Shown here: piece after piece, positions 10,266-21,600 of the stretch
Numbering within the stretch: the first letter of the stretch is position 1
Layout of the letters: every line of letters begins with the position of its first letter
Assembly: GCA_018651605.1 (NCBI GenBank)
Contig: JABIDS010000013.1
Span: 717 to 64,716, forward strand
Source: an archaeon
Lineage (GTDB): Archaea; Nanobdellota; Nanobdellia; Pacearchaeales; GW2011-AR1
Direction: 5' to 3'
Length of the DNA stretch: 64,000 bases
Notes under the pieces: generated by a model
Databases searched by the model: none
What the model saw: the letters and a program-made list of their open reading frames with translations, nothing else
What the model was told of the DNA's origin: nothing
Made by a program: the position numbers and the translations under genes

Positions 10266-10541
10266 ATGAAAAAGCCTTCTTTTTTTAGAAAAAAAAGAAC
10301 CTTCGGGAAGAAAAAAACTAAGTTAGTTTTAAGTCTGTTTATTTTAAGTCTGATTAGTTTGGTATCTGCCGATGTTGGTGATGGAGATTTTGGTTGTTTT
10401 AGTGATATGGGTGGAATGATGGGTGGTTCATATGGTTGGAGTGTGATGGGTTTTGGATGGTTGATTAGTTTGTTGGTTGTTGTTGCGTTAGTGTTGTTGA
10501 TAATTTGGTTAATTAAACAGATAAATTCAGGAGGAAAATAA
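10266..10541 (+). CDS. Small Met/Gly-rich membrane protein of the copper cluster
   Basis: Signal-like N-terminus, DMGGMMGG, one TM helix; directly upstream of copA. Confidence 0.65.
   Translation: MKKPSFFRKKRTFGKKKTKLVLSLFILSLISLVSADVGDGDFGCFSDMGGMMGGSYGWSVMGFGWLISLLVVVALVLLIIWLIKQINSGGK
10273..10320. repeat. 48-bp palindromic element, copy 1 (in-frame, encodes [15 protein letters not shown])
   Basis: agccttctttttttagaaaaaaaagaaccttcgggaagaaaaaaacta is identical to 26943..26990. Confidence 0.9.
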
Positions 10542-10542
10542 A

Positions 10543-12729
10543 ATGAAAAAAGCTAAGATAAAAATAAGTGGAATGACTTGCGTCAATTGTTCTAACCATG
10601 TTGAGAAGAGTTTGTCTGGAGTTTCTGGAGTTAGTAATATTAATGTGAACTCTGTTATGGATAATGCTGTTGTTGATGTTAGTGATGAGGTTAGTGAAGT
10701 GCAGTTAAAGAAAGCGGTTAAGGATGCAGGTTATGAAGCTGTTTCAGTTGAGTTTGAAGAATCTTCGGGTTCTTCAAATTCTTTTTCTAAAAAGAAAAAA
10801 GTTGGGAAAGGGCGTATGACAGAATCTCAGATATGGTTTAGGAAGTTGGTTGGGACTTGGGTGTTTACTATTATTATAATGGTTATTATGTATGCTCCTA
10901 AATTGTTTGATGTTGAGATTATTTCTATGAATGCGATGACCCCTGTTATGTTGATTTTGAGTTTTCCTATTTTATTTTATTTTGGGTTTAATACTATTAA
11001 GGCAGGGTTTAAGGGATTTTTGAAGTTGAATTTTAGTATGGATTCTTTGATTGCTCTTGGAACTGTTGTTGCTTTTTCTACTGGGATTTTGAGTTTTTTT
11101 ATTGAGGTTGTTGATTATTCAGGTGTTAGTGGAATGATTATGACTATTTTTATTACTGGTAAATTTATTGAGTCTAAGGCTAAGGGGCGGGCGACTAGTG
11201 AGATTAAAAAGTTGTTGGAGTTGGGGGCGAAGAAGGCTAGGTTGTTGAGAGATGGCGAGGAAGTTGAAGTTGATATTAAGGATGTGAAGGTTGGAGATGT
11301 TTTTATTGTTAAACCTGGTGAGAAAATTCCAACAGATGGTGAGATTGTTGATGGTGATAGTAGTGTTGATGAAAGTATGGTGACTGGTGAGAGTTTGCCT
11401 GTGGATAAAAGGGCAGGTGGTTTGGTTATTGGGGCTACGATTAATCAAGATGGTGTTTTGCATGTTAAGGCTACGAAGATTGGGAAGGATACTTTTTTGT
11501 CTGGGATAATTAAGTTGGTTGAAGAGGCGCAGGGGACAAAAGTTCCTATTCAGAAAGTTGCAGATAAGGTTACGAATGTTTTTGTTCCGATTATTTTAGT
11601 TATTTCTTTATTGACTTTTGGTGCGTGGTGGTGGGGCTCTGGTGATTTGGGGCGTTCAATTGGAATTGGTATTTCTGTTTTAGTTATTGCGTGTCCTTGT
11701 GCATTAGGTTTGGCTGTCCCTATTTCATTAACTGTTGGTGCAGGAATGGGTGCTAAGAGAGGGATATTGATTCGTAAAGGTGAAGCTATTCAAACTATGA
11801 AGGAAATTAAGACTATTGTGTTTGATAAGACTGGGACGATTACAAAAGGTAAACCTGAGGTTGTTGGAGTTTATGCTGTTGGTTCTTCTGAGGCAGGGTT
11901 GTTGAAGATTGCTGGAAGTTTAGAGAGATTAAGTGAGCATCCTATTGCTCGTGCAATTGTTAAGAAAGCTGGTTTGGTGAAACCGTTGAAAGTTAAGGGA
12001 TTTAAGGCTGTTAGAGGTAGGGGAATTGAGGGCATGATTGATAGGAAAAGGTATGTTATTGGTAATGATGTTTTGATGAAAGAGAAAAAAATTTTAATTA
12101 TTAAATTGAAAAAAATAATTGGGCGGTTTGAAAGTAAGGGATGGACTACGATGATTGTTGCAGAAGGTAAAAAGGCAATTGGTGTTATTGGTGTTGCTGA
12201 TGCTGTTAAAAAGGACTCTGTTTTGGCGATTAGTCGGTTGAATAATTTAGGATATAAGACTGTCATGATTACTGGAGATAATGAGAAAACTGCGGAGGCG
12301 ATTGCTAAACAAGTTGGGATTAAGAAAGTCATTGCTCGTGTTTTGCCTGAGGATAAATCTCGGCGAGTTCGAGAGTTGCAGAGAGAAGGAATGGTTGCTT
12401 TTGTTGGTGATGGAATTAATGATGCACCCGCATTAAAAGAGTCGAATGTTGGTATTGCGATTGGAACTGGGACAGATATTGCGATTGAGGCAGGAGATAT
12501 TGTTTTAGCTAAGGGAAGTTTGATTGGGGTTGTTCAGGCTATTAATTTATCTAAGGCTACTTTTAGTAAGATAAAACAGAATTTATTTTGGGCATTTTTT
12601 TATAATATTGTTGCAATTCCTTTGGCGATTGGTGGTGTTTTGAATCCTGTTGTTGCTGAGATTGCAATGGCTTTATCTTCTATAACCGTTGTGACGAATG
12701 CGAATTTGTTGAGACGGGTGAGGGTTTGA
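10543..12729 (+). CDS. copA: Cu(+)-exporting P1B-type ATPase
   Basis: [36 protein letters not shown] and MALSS motifs. Confidence 0.95.
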   Translation: MKKAKIKISGMTCVNCSNHVEKSLSGVSGVSNINVNSVMDNAVVDVSDEVSEVQLKKAVKDAGYEAVSVEFEESSGSSNSFSKKKKVGKGRMTESQIWFRKLVGTWVFTIIIMVIMYAPKLFDVEIISMNAMTPVMLILSFPILFYFGFNTIKAGFKGFLKLNFSMDSLIALGTVVAFSTGILSFFIEVVDYSGVSGMIMTIFITGKFIESKAKGRATSEIKKLLELGAKKARLLRDGEEVEVDIKDVKVGDVFIVKPGEKIPTDGEIVDGDSSVDESMVTGESLPVDKRAGGLVIGATINQDGVLHVKATKIGKDTFLSGIIKLVEEAQGTKVPIQKVADKVTNVFVPIILVISLLTFGAWWWGSGDLGRSIGIGISVLVIACPCALGLAVPISLTVGAGMGAKRGILIRKGEAIQTMKEIKTIVFDKTGTITKGKPEVVGVYAVGSSEAGLLKIAGSLERLSEHPIARAIVKKAGLVKPLKVKGFKAVRGRGIEGMIDRKRYVIGNDVLMKEKKILIIKLKKIIGRFESKGWTTMIVAEGKKAIGVIGVADAVKKDSVLAISRLNNLGYKTVMITGDNEKTAEAIAKQVGIKKVIARVLPEDKSRRVRELQREGMVAFVGDGINDAPALKESNVGIAIGTGTDIAIEAGDIVLAKGSLIGVVQAINLSKATFSKIKQNLFWAFFYNIVAIPLAIGGVLNPVVAEIAMALSSITVVTNANLLRRVRV

Positions 12730-13382
12730 TGGGTGATGGAAATATCCTTAAAATAATGAAAACTCTTGTAGAACATTTTGATTATAAAGAGAGGACTACA
12801 TTGAATCGGATGAGGAAGAAGCCTGATGCTTTTAAGATTTTGATTTCTTGTTTGCTTTCTTTGAGGGCAAGGGATGAGAGTACTGAGAAGGTTTCTGCGA
12901 AACTTTTTGCTGTTGCTGATAGTCCTGAAAAGATTGCGAATTTATCTTTGGAAGAATTGGAAGGACTGATTTTTTCTTCTGGACATTATAGAAAAAAAGC
13001 TAGAGTGTTGAAAGGGGTTTCTAAAGTTTTGATTGAGGAATATGGTGGTGAAGTGCCTCGTAAGAAAGAGGAATTGTTGTCTATAAAAGGTATTGGACCT
13101 AAGACTGCGAATATTGTTTTGGCTTTTGCTTTTGGTGAGTTGGTGTTGCCGATTGATATTCATTGTCATAGGATTCCTAATAGGTTGGGATGGGTTGAGA
13201 CTTCAAGTCCTGAGAAAACTGAGAAAGAGTTGGAGAAGATTTTGCCTAAGAAATATTGGAGAGAGTTTAATGGGATTTTTGTTTTGTTTGGTAAGACTAT
13301 TTGTCAGCCTGTGAGTCCTTGGTGTTCAAAGTGTCCTGTTGAAAGGTATTGTTGGAGGGTTGGGGTGGGGCGGAGTCGGTGA
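12729..13382 (+). CDS. nth: Endonuclease III (HhH-GPD glycosylase, 4Fe-4S)
   Basis: LLSIKGIGPKTAN HhH motif, IDIHCHR, C-x6-C-x2-C-x5-C. Confidence 0.93.
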   Translation: MGDGNILKIMKTLVEHFDYKERTTLNRMRKKPDAFKILISCLLSLRARDESTEKVSAKLFAVADSPEKIANLSLEELEGLIFSSGHYRKKARVLKGVSKVLIEEYGGEVPRKKEELLSIKGIGPKTANIVLAFAFGELVLPIDIHCHRIPNRLGWVETSSPEKTEKELEKILPKKYWREFNGIFVLFGKTICQPVSPWCSKCPVERYCWRVGVGRSR

Positions 13383-13742
13383 TTAAAACTCACAATGTTC
13401 ACAATCTGTTTCTGTGCAATGTTTGCTTTTTATATTATTTTTTAATGCCCATGATTTTATGCTTTTTATAATTGGAATAATTTCAAGTCCACTTTTTGTT
13501 AAGGTATATTCTGTTTTTATTGGAAACTTTGAGGCGTCTGTTGTTTTGATTATTATTTGATTTTGTTCTAATTCTTTTAATCTTTGTGAGAGAATTTTTG
13601 GAGTTATTTCTGGGAATTTCTTTTTTATTTCTGAATATCTTTTGTGTTTGTTTTCCCCCTTGTGTAATTCTAAGATAATTAAAAATGTCCATTTTTTTCC
13701 TAGGAAATCTAGTGTTTTGTAGATTGTGCAATTTGTGTTCAT
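13383..13742 (-). CDS. HxlR-family transcription regulator with Cys-rich tail
   Basis: CTIYKTLDFLGKKW, ITPKILSQRLKELE, EYTLTKSG; C-terminal HCTETDCEHC. Confidence 0.88.
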   Translation of the reverse strand: MNTNCTIYKTLDFLGKKWTFLIILELHKGENKHKRYSEIKKKFPEITPKILSQRLKELEQNQIIIKTTDASKFPIKTEYTLTKSGLEIIPIIKSIKSWALKNNIKSKHCTETDCEHCEF

Positions 13743-13801
13743 ATCCTTTTGGAAACTCTTTAATATATAAAGGTATATTCTTTGAAGTAGGTATTATCGA
13801 T

Positions 13802-13930
13802 AGCTCTGTTGAGTTGTTAGTTTCGTGATTTCAAAATCCCACTAACTTCGACTATCGTCGAAACCCTCCCTTACCACCCCACCGCACCCCCCAATTTATT
13901 TTGTGAAATCACTAAACTTTAAACAGAGCT
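13802..13930. repeat. Intergenic long hairpin enclosing a C-tract (G-quadruplex motif on - strand)
   Basis: agctctgtt/aacagagct and gtgatttca/tgaaatcac arms; internal ttcgac-tatc-gtcgaa; ccc-t-ccc-ttacca-cccc-accgca-cccccc at 13864..13892. Confidence 0.7.
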
Positions 13931-13947
13931 TAGATTATTGATATAAA

Positions 13948-14856
13948 ATGGCAAAAAGAAAAATAATAAAAATTGATGAAGAGAAATGTAATGGATGTGG
14001 GTTGTGTATTCCTAATTGTCCTGAAGGTGCTTTGAAGGTTATTGATGGGAAGGTTCGGTTGATTAGTGATTTGTTTTGCGATGGACTTGGTGCGTGTATT
14101 GGACATTGTCCTGAAGGTGCGATTGAAATTGAGGAGCGTGAGGCAGAGAAATATGATGAAAGAAAAGTTATGGAGAATATTGTTAAACAAGGAGAGAATG
14201 TTGTGAGGGAGCATTTGGAGCATTTGGAGGAACATGGTGCTGATGAGTTTTTGAAAGAGGCTGTTGATTATTTGAATGAGATTGGGATACAAAAATTTTC
14301 TCCCAACAAGGGAAAAAATTTTAGTCTTTTCAAATCTTCCGCAGTAAACTGCGGAGATCAAGATTTGAAAATGAATATTGAACGTAAGGTTGTTGAGAAG
14401 GCTAGTGATTTGCCTTGTGGTTGTCCTGGGACTGCGATGAGAGAAGTGAATGTTTCTGAGGATGTTTCTGAGGATTCTGTTGAATTGAAATCTGCTTTAA
14501 GGCAATGGCCTGTTCAATTGAATTTGTTGCCACCTCATGCTAGTTTTTTTAATGATTCTCATTTGTTGGTTGCTGCAGATTGTGTTCCGTTTGCAGATGC
14601 GAATTTTCATTCTGGTTTGTTGAAAGGAAAAAGTCTTGTTATTGGTTGTCCTAAATTAGATGATGTTAATGGATATGAAGAGAAATTAACTGAGATTTTT
14701 AAGGGAAATAATGTTAAGAGTGTAACTGTGGCGATTATGGAAGTTCCTTGTTGTTATGGGATGTATGCAGCTGTTGAAAATGCTATTGGTGCATCAGGTA
14801 AGGATATTGAATTGAAGAAGGTGGTTGTGGGTGTTGATGGTAGCCTTTCTTTTTAG
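13948..14856 (+). CDS. 4Fe-4S ferredoxin-domain protein (WPVQL / CPKLD / MEVPCC family)
   Basis: CNGCGLCIPNCP, CDGLGACIGHCP, CGCPG, GCPKLD, EVPCC. Confidence 0.85.
   Translation: MAKRKIIKIDEEKCNGCGLCIPNCPEGALKVIDGKVRLISDLFCDGLGACIGHCPEGAIEIEEREAEKYDERKVMENIVKQGENVVREHLEHLEEHGADEFLKEAVDYLNEIGIQKFSPNKGKNFSLFKSSAVNCGDQDLKMNIERKVVEKASDLPCGCPGTAMREVNVSEDVSEDSVELKSALRQWPVQLNLLPPHASFFNDSHLLVAADCVPFADANFHSGLLKGKSLVIGCPKLDDVNGYEEKLTEIFKGNNVKSVTVAIMEVPCCYGMYAAVENAIGASGKDIELKKVVVGVDGSLSF
14288..14372. repeat. In-frame double-hairpin insert with TAAA loop
   Basis: aaaattttctccc/gggaaaaaatttt, then ttttcaaatct-tccgcag-taaa-ctgcgga...agatttgaaaa; same layout as the gltX insert. Confidence 0.7.
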
Positions 14857-14939
14857 CTGAGAAGATTAAAAAATCTTCAGTGCCTCACAAAGTGAAACTT
14901 TCTGAGGAAAAAAGAAACTTTAGGGAAAGAAAAACTAAG
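14842..14939. repeat. Long variant of the 48-bp element with two nested internal hairpins
   Basis: Ends agcctttctttttag and aaaaaagaaactttagggaaagaaaaactaag resemble the 10273/26943 copies; inside are gaagatt/aatcttc and cctca/tgagg. Confidence 0.65.
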
Positions 14940-14955
14940 AATGCTGATAATTAAT

Positions 14956-15786
14956 TTAAACCTGATTTTCTAAAACTTTTTCAGCATCTTTTTTTGCTTT
15001 TGTTTTCATGAAATAATTTCCAATGAATCTGAAATGTCTGAAGAAGTAATATGCGATTATTGAAAGTGTGTTTGGCAATATTATTAGTTTTTTTGAATCT
15101 AATTTTTTTACAATGTGTTTTGCTACAGGCATTGATTGAGATGAGCCTGCTGTCCATTTTTGGACGCAGGTTTTTTGTTCTTCTCCTGTTAGTGATTTGC
15201 ATTTGAATGCAATTGCCCAGAAAGGTGTTTTCATTCTTGCTGGAAATACTGTTGATGTTGAAACTCCTGTTCCTTTTAATTCATAACTTAATGAACGAGT
15301 GAATCCATGAACTGCGTATTTTGCAGAGTTATAGGTGGCGAAATAAGGTGGTGGTTGAATTGCTGCGATAGATGAAATGTTTATTATTTTTCCTGATTTT
15401 TGTTTTTTCATTGAGGGTAAAGTTAATGCACAAAGATGTTGTAATGCTATGACATCTAAATCAATCATTCCTTTTAGGTCTTTGAAATCAATTTTGTCTA
15501 ATGCTCCTAATTTTCCATAACCTGCGTTGTTTATTAGATAATCTATTTTTCCTTCTTTTTTTAAAATTTCTGATATGAGATTTATTCTGAAGGTTTCGTT
15601 GGTTAAATCTCCTGGGATTATTTTTATTTCTCCTTTATCTTTGGTGCATTCTTTTTTTAGTTTTTCTAATTCTTCTTTTCTTCTTGCTGTTATGTATACT
15701 ATTAATCCTTTTTTTGATAGAAGTGTTGCTATGTCTTTTCCTAAACCTGATGATGCACCTGTTACTAAACTCACCTTTTTTTCCAT
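14956..15786 (-). CDS. Short-chain dehydrogenase/reductase
   Basis: TGASSGLG, NNAG, YNSAK. Confidence 0.92.
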   Translation of the reverse strand: MEKKVSLVTGASSGLGKDIATLLSKKGLIVYITARRKEELEKLKKECTKDKGEIKIIPGDLTNETFRINLISEILKKEGKIDYLINNAGYGKLGALDKIDFKDLKGMIDLDVIALQHLCALTLPSMKKQKSGKIINISSIAAIQPPPYFATYNSAKYAVHGFTRSLSYELKGTGVSTSTVFPARMKTPFWAIAFKCKSLTGEEQKTCVQKWTAGSSQSMPVAKHIVKKLDSKKLIILPNTLSIIAYYFFRHFRFIGNYFMKTKAKKDAEKVLENQV

Positions 15787-15893
15787 AGTTTATTGAAGGT
15801 GAAGGAGTTTTTAAGGTTTGGGTGGAAGGGATTATTTTTTAGTAACTTTTATAAATATTGGTTTGTTGTAAATGTTGAAAGGAGGTGTATAAT

Positions 15894-16571
15894 ATGAAGA
15901 AATTAGTGATGTTGTTAATGGTAGGTTTTTTAATAATTGGATTAGGAGGTTTTGTTTTGGCTGCGTCTGATGGAGGGGGTACAGGAGGAAATTCTGATGA
16001 AGTTGTTGCTGCAGGTGGACAGGGGGGAGAAAATAGTGGTGATGAATTGCAAGATAATATAGGTACTGGAACTTCTAATCAAGGAGAAAATAGTGAATTA
16101 CAAAATCAGATTAGAACTGGAAATTATGTTAATGCAAATGGGCAACAAATGCAGATTCAAGAAAAATCTAATAATAGGATTGAATTAAAGACGGGTAATT
16201 CTAGGGCTGAAACAGGTTTGAAGATTAGTTCTGAAGAGGTTGAAGGTAAAACTAAATTGAAAGCTACTCTTTCAAATGGTAAAAATGCAGAGGTTAAAGT
16301 TATGCCGGATAGTGCTAGTGAAAAAGCATTGACGAGACTTAGATTAAAAACTTGTTCTGAAGAGGATGGATGCCGAATTGAATTAAAAGAAGTTGGCTCT
16401 GGAGAAAATGCAAAGTTAGCTTATGAAGTTAAAACGCAAAGGACTTCAAGATTCTTGGGTTTATTTAAAATGAAAATGGATGTTGAGGCACAAGTTGATG
16501 CTGAAACTGGAAAGGTGATTCGGACAAAAAAACCTTGGTGGGCATTTTTAGCTAGTGAGCCTGCTGAATAA
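15894..16571 (+). CDS. Secreted hypothetical protein with PepSY-like C-terminus
   Basis: Signal peptide after GGAGGTG; VDAETGKVI...KKPWW ending. Confidence 0.6.
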   Translation: MKKLVMLLMVGFLIIGLGGFVLAASDGGGTGGNSDEVVAAGGQGGENSGDELQDNIGTGTSNQGENSELQNQIRTGNYVNANGQQMQIQEKSNNRIELKTGNSRAETGLKISSEEVEGKTKLKATLSNGKNAEVKVMPDSASEKALTRLRLKTCSEEDGCRIELKEVGSGENAKLAYEVKTQRTSRFLGLFKMKMDVEAQVDAETGKVIRTKKPWWAFLASEPAE

Positions 16572-16635
16572 TTTTTTTATTTTTTTATTTTTTTTAATTG
16601 GAAATCTTTATAAAAGCTGGTTGTCTTAGGATTTT

Positions 16636-16983
16636 ATGAAAAAGAAAGTGTTAATTATAGATGATGATAAAGAAGATTTAGGAACTATGAAATCTATTCT
16701 TGAAAAAGAAGGTTGTGAGGTTTCTAGTGCTAGTGATGGTGCAAAGGCTTTGGAAATTTTGAAAGAAGATGGTTTTAGTTTGGTTTTAATTGATATTAAG
16801 ATGCCGACTTTGTCTGGTTATGATTTGTTAAGGTTGTTGAGAGAGAGGTTGAATCATAAAGTTAAGATGATTTATGTTTCAATTGTTCCTGAGCAAGAAG
16901 TTGATATGGATGATGTTGATGGATTTGTGCAGAAACCTTTTTCACCTGAGACTTTGTTAAATAAAGTTAAAGAAGTTTTATGA
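16636..16983 (+). CDS. Stand-alone response regulator receiver
   Basis: IIDDD, LIDIKMP, QKPF. Confidence 0.92.
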   Translation: MKKKVLIIDDDKEDLGTMKSILEKEGCEVSSASDGAKALEILKEDGFSLVLIDIKMPTLSGYDLLRLLRERLNHKVKMIYVSIVPEQEVDMDDVDGFVQKPFSPETLLNKVKEVL

Positions 16984-17011
16984 TTTTAATAAATAAAAAG
17001 GAGGACAAAAT

Positions 17012-17365
17012 ATGGCAAAAACTATAATGGTTGTGGATGATGAGGCAGATATTAGGACTACTGTTCAAGCTGTTTTGGAGAAGGAAGGTTACAAGGTTGT
17101 GACTGCGATTAGTGGTGATGATGCTTTGAAAAAATGGACTGCTGAAAAACCTGCATTGATTCTTATGGATATTATGATGCCTGGAACTCCTGTTAAGGAT
17201 ATTATTCCAAAGATGAAGGGTACAAAGGTTGCATATCTTTCAGTTGTTAGAACTTCTGAAGCTGAGAAAGAAGATTTAATGAAGAGTAAAAATATTGTGG
17301 ATTTTATACAGAAACCTTTTGATATTAAAGAATTAGTTAAAAAAGTTAAAAAGTTGGTAGGATAA
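17012..17365 (+). CDS. Stand-alone response regulator receiver
   Basis: VVDDE, MDIMMPG, QKPF. Confidence 0.92.
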   Translation: MAKTIMVVDDEADIRTTVQAVLEKEGYKVVTAISGDDALKKWTAEKPALILMDIMMPGTPVKDIIPKMKGTKVAYLSVVRTSEAEKEDLMKSKNIVDFIQKPFDIKELVKKVKKLVG

Positions 17366-17366
17366 A

Positions 17367-17981
17367 ATGGTAGATATAAAATCTGACCTTGATGCAAATC
17401 AGACTTTGCTTTTAATTATGTCTAGTGTGGAATATAATGATGTTCTTGTTGATGTAGTTAAGCAATTATCTGGGAATATTTGTTATGTTACAACGAATAA
17501 GACTTTTGATTCCTTGAAGGAAGTTTTTGAGAAGTCTAAGGTAGATGTTAAGAATGTTGTTTTTATAGATGCTATTTCTAAAACTATGAAGAAAGTTCCT
17601 GATCAGGGAGAGAGTGTTTATTATGTTAGTTCTCCGGGGGCTTTGACAGAATTGTCTTTGGTTATTGGGAAATTTTTAAGGCATGAGTTTGATTATTTGA
17701 TTTTTGATTCTATTACTAATTTATTGGTTTATCAGAAACCTCAGATGGCTGCTAAGTTTATGAGTAGTCTTATTAATAAGATTAAGAAAACTAAAACAAA
17801 GACTGTTTTTTATGGAATTGAAGGAGGAGATAATTCTAGTATTATTGAACATACTGGGACTGCTGTTGATAAAGTTATTAAGAGTGATGGGAAAGTTGGT
17901 GTTGAGAAAAAAGTGGTTAAGGGTGTTGGGAAAAAAGAAGTCAAGAAAAAGATAATTAAAAAAGTGGAGAAGGAGGTGTAA
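17367..17981 (+). CDS. Degenerate KaiC/RecA-fold protein lacking Walker A
   Basis: CYVTTNK, VFIDAIS, SPGALTELS, LIFDSITNLL; paralog of 25985..26500. Confidence 0.65.
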   Translation: MVDIKSDLDANQTLLLIMSSVEYNDVLVDVVKQLSGNICYVTTNKTFDSLKEVFEKSKVDVKNVVFIDAISKTMKKVPDQGESVYYVSSPGALTELSLVIGKFLRHEFDYLIFDSITNLLVYQKPQMAAKFMSSLINKIKKTKTKTVFYGIEGGDNSSIIEHTGTAVDKVIKSDGKVGVEKKVVKGVGKKEVKKKIIKKVEKEV

Positions 17982-17982
17982 A

Positions 17983-18339
17983 ATGGCAGTAGGTTCAATG
18001 AGTTTTTCAGGGTCTGTTCTGTTGATGGTTGCTATTGTTTTAGGTTTAATTGCTTCAGTAGTCACTTATATGAATAGTCGGAAACTTAAGGGAGAGGTAT
18101 TTGAAAAACCTATGATTTACTTTGCTCTTGGAATCTTTTTGGCTACATTATCTTTAATTGCAGTAACTTTTTTTCAAGGAGTTTTTTCAGAAATGACTGT
18201 GGAATTAATTCATGATATTAGTTTTATTTTGGGGTTAGGTTTAATGCTTTTAGCTTCTGTGAAGTTGACAAGATTTTTGCAAGGATTGAGTGGTTTTGAA
18301 AAGAAGTTACCGAAGAATTTACCTTCTAAGGTTAAATAG
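17983..18339 (+). CDS. 3-TM membrane protein
   Basis: Three hydrophobic segments; SD GGAGGTG; within operon. Confidence 0.65.
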   Translation: MAVGSMSFSGSVLLMVAIVLGLIASVVTYMNSRKLKGEVFEKPMIYFALGIFLATLSLIAVTFFQGVFSEMTVELIHDISFILGLGLMLLASVKLTRFLQGLSGFEKKLPKNLPSKVK

Positions 18340-18423
18340 TTTTTTATTTTTTATATGGTTTTGGGGTGGTGGTTTTTTTATTTTTTTAGAAAGTTTTATT
18401 AAGTTGAGTTTGTTGCGAATCTT

Positions 18424-18624
18424 ATGAAATATGAATTATTATTTGGATTAAGTATGCTTTTGTTTGGAGTGGGGGGTTTTTTCTTAACTGGTTCTGTTTT
18501 AACAATGACCGGGTTTTCAATTTCAGATGTTGAAGGTGGTTCTTCCTCTTCGTTTGTTGTTGGAGTGGGAGTTGTTGTTGTAGGTATGTTGATGGTTGTT
18601 TTTGCAAGGAAATTAAAAAAATAA
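18424..18624 (+). CDS. Small 2-TM protein
   Basis: Hydrophobic segments, MTGFSI motif. Confidence 0.55.
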   Translation: MKYELLFGLSMLLFGVGGFFLTGSVLTMTGFSISDVEGGSSSSFVVGVGVVVVGMLMVVFARKLKK

Positions 18625-18684
18625 TTTTTACGAACATATAAAAAGGTTTTTCTCTAATTTAAGTATATAAAAAAGGTGAAGTTT

Positions 18685-21600
18685 ATGGAATTAAAGAAAT
18701 TTTTATTTGCAGGGATATTATTAGGTTTGTTTTTGATAAATGTTAATTTAGTATTTGCTGAAGAACATTTGGATAAGAATTTTTTATCTCAAAAAGTATT
18801 AACTGAACTTAATTTTATTGAAGACGACTTAATATTTTTAAAAGAGTTGCCTGATTTTAATGCATTTATTAATGGAGATTTATCTCGTAAAAAACATCTT
18901 CAAGATACTTTTTTCAGTTTTTCAAAAAATAAACAAATTTATTATCAGATAAGATATCTTGATGAGAATGGAAAAGAAATTATTAGGGTAGATAATATTG
19001 AAGATAAGACTGAGATTATTTCTGAAGATAAACTCCAGAATAAAAAAGGAAGATATTATTTTGATGATGCATTTCTTTTAGATGATAATGATATTTTTGT
19101 TTCTCCATTGGATTTGAATATTGAGCGAGGGGAATTAGAAAATAGGGGAAGTGAGGAAAATCCAGTTTATGTTCCTGTAATAAGGTATGCTACTCCTGTT
19201 TTTGATTCAGAGAAGAAAAAGGTAGGAATAATTATTCTTAATGTTTATGCGAATTATATTTTAGATATTTTTAGCGAGAATGGTGTTGAGCATTCTAATG
19301 AAAAAGTATATCTTGTGAATAATGAAGGTTATTTTTTATTTCATTCAGATTCTTCAAAAGAGTTTGGTTTTATGTTTGAGAAGGATATTACATTGAATAG
19401 TGAATTTGGAAAAGAGTTTAATCAGGTTTTTGAAACTGATGAGGGAGTGTTTAGTTCTGGCGAGAAAATTTATAATTATATAAAGATTTTTCCTTCTGAC
19501 TTGGAAATAATTTCAAGCAGTGGTTCTCCCCAGAGTTATGCTCCGAGTTTATCTAAGGTTCAGGGAGAGGATTATTTTTGGGTTTTAATTGTTGAATCTC
19601 CAGTTGTTAAAGAAACAATTGTTTTTACAACTCCTATATTGGGCATTTATATTTTGCTTGGAATTATTATTATTTTAGTAATCTATTTTGTTTTTTTTAG
19701 AAAGAAAAAAGAAAAAAAATCAATTTCTAGTGGTTTTTTATTTGGGAAATTAAATAGAAAGATTATTTTTGGGTTTTTAATTGTCGCATTATTGTTTGGA
19801 ATCATTGCAGGTATTGGGAGTTTTTATCTAGAGAAGGTTGCTGAAGGAGATTACGTTGATGCTATTTATGAATTTGAACAGGATTTTAATGATTTTAAAG
19901 AAGGAGATATAAGAACTCTTTCTGTTGGTTTGGAAATTGCTGTTCAAGACGAAGGATTAAAAAAAGTTTATTTGGAAAAAGATAGGGAGAAACTCTATGA
20001 TTATGGGCAAGATTTGTTTAATAATTTGAAAGAAGAATATTTTGTGACTCATTTTTATTTTATTGAACCTGATGGGAATTGTTTTGTTAGGTTGCATAAT
20101 CATGAGAAATTTAATGATGAGATTAAAAGGGCTACTTTTTTGAATGCTAAGGAAACAAAGAATATTGGTGCAGGTATTGAATTAGGGAAAACTGCTTTTG
20201 CAATGAGGGTTGTTAAACCTTATTATGATGATGAGAAGCTAATTGGTTATATAGAATTAGGGGAGGAGGTAGATCATTTTTTAGAGTATATGAAAAAAGG
20301 AAAGAATAATGAATTTTCAATTATTGTCGATAAGAAATTTATAAATAAAGAGGATTGGGCTTCAGTTAGGGATGTTAAAGGTTTAGAAAATAATTGGGAT
20401 AATTTGGAAAATCATGTTACTATTTCTTCTACAATTGAAAATAATGTGCATTGTTTTAATTCAGATAATGTTGCGAAGGTTCTTGATGGGGAACGGGTTT
20501 TTGGAACATTTAATTCTGAAAACGGAAATTTTATATGTGGAGGATTTCCTTTAATTGATGCTTCTGGGAATGAGGTTGGGGCTCTTTTTGCATTGATTGA
20601 ATCTTCTAAAAAAATTGGTTTTATAACTACTGTAAGATATGGGCTATTGAGTATTATTATTCTTTTTATCCTTGCAATCATTGTTCTTAGTTTTTTTATT
20701 AAATCTAAAATCATAACCCCTATTGCTAAATTGAATAATGCAACTTTAGAAATTGAGAAAAAGAATTTTAAGGCTCGTGTAAATATTAAAACTGGAGATG
20801 AGTTACAAGCATTGGGAATGTCTTTTAATAAAACTGCTCAGGTTTTGGAAGGGATGGATAAAGAGCATAAGCAGTTAGAGAAAGCTAAGACTGAATTTTT
20901 GTCTATTACCTCTCATGAGTTGAGGAGTCCGATGACTCCAATGCAGGCACAATTGCAGATGTTGATGGGAGAGTATTATGGGAAGTTGAATGAGAAACAG
21001 AAAAATTCATTAGATATTGTTGCTAGGAATACTAAGCGGCTGGATAATATTATTGTTGATTTTTTGGAGATTTCTCGTATTGAAGCTGCTCGTTTGAAGT
21101 TTAGGTTTGTTAAAAAAGATTTGACTGGTTCTATTAAAAGATTGATGAAAGAGATGGTTGGATTTATGCCTGAGAAAAAAGTTAAGTTGTTTAGTAAGAT
21201 TAGTAAATTGCCTGTGATAGAAGTTGATCCAGATAGGGTTATGCAGGCTTTGAGGAATTTGATGAATAATGCAGTTAAGTTTTCTAAGCCTGGTTCTAAA
21301 GTTGTTGTTAGTGCTAAGTTGAAAGATAATATGATGGAGTTTAGTGTTGCTGATGAAGGTATTGGGATTAAGCCTGAAGACCAGAAGAGAATTTTTGAGC
21401 CGTTTTTTCAAGCAGAACAGACAATGTATAGGGAGCATCAGGGAACTGGATTGGGGTTGGCGATTATTAGAGGAATTGTTGAAAGTCAGAATGGTAGGGT
21501 TTGGTTAGAAAGTGAGGTTGGTAAAGGGACTACTTTTTATTTTACAGTTCCATTGAAACCTGTTAGAAAAATTAAGCCGATTAAATTGTTGTTTTCTGAA

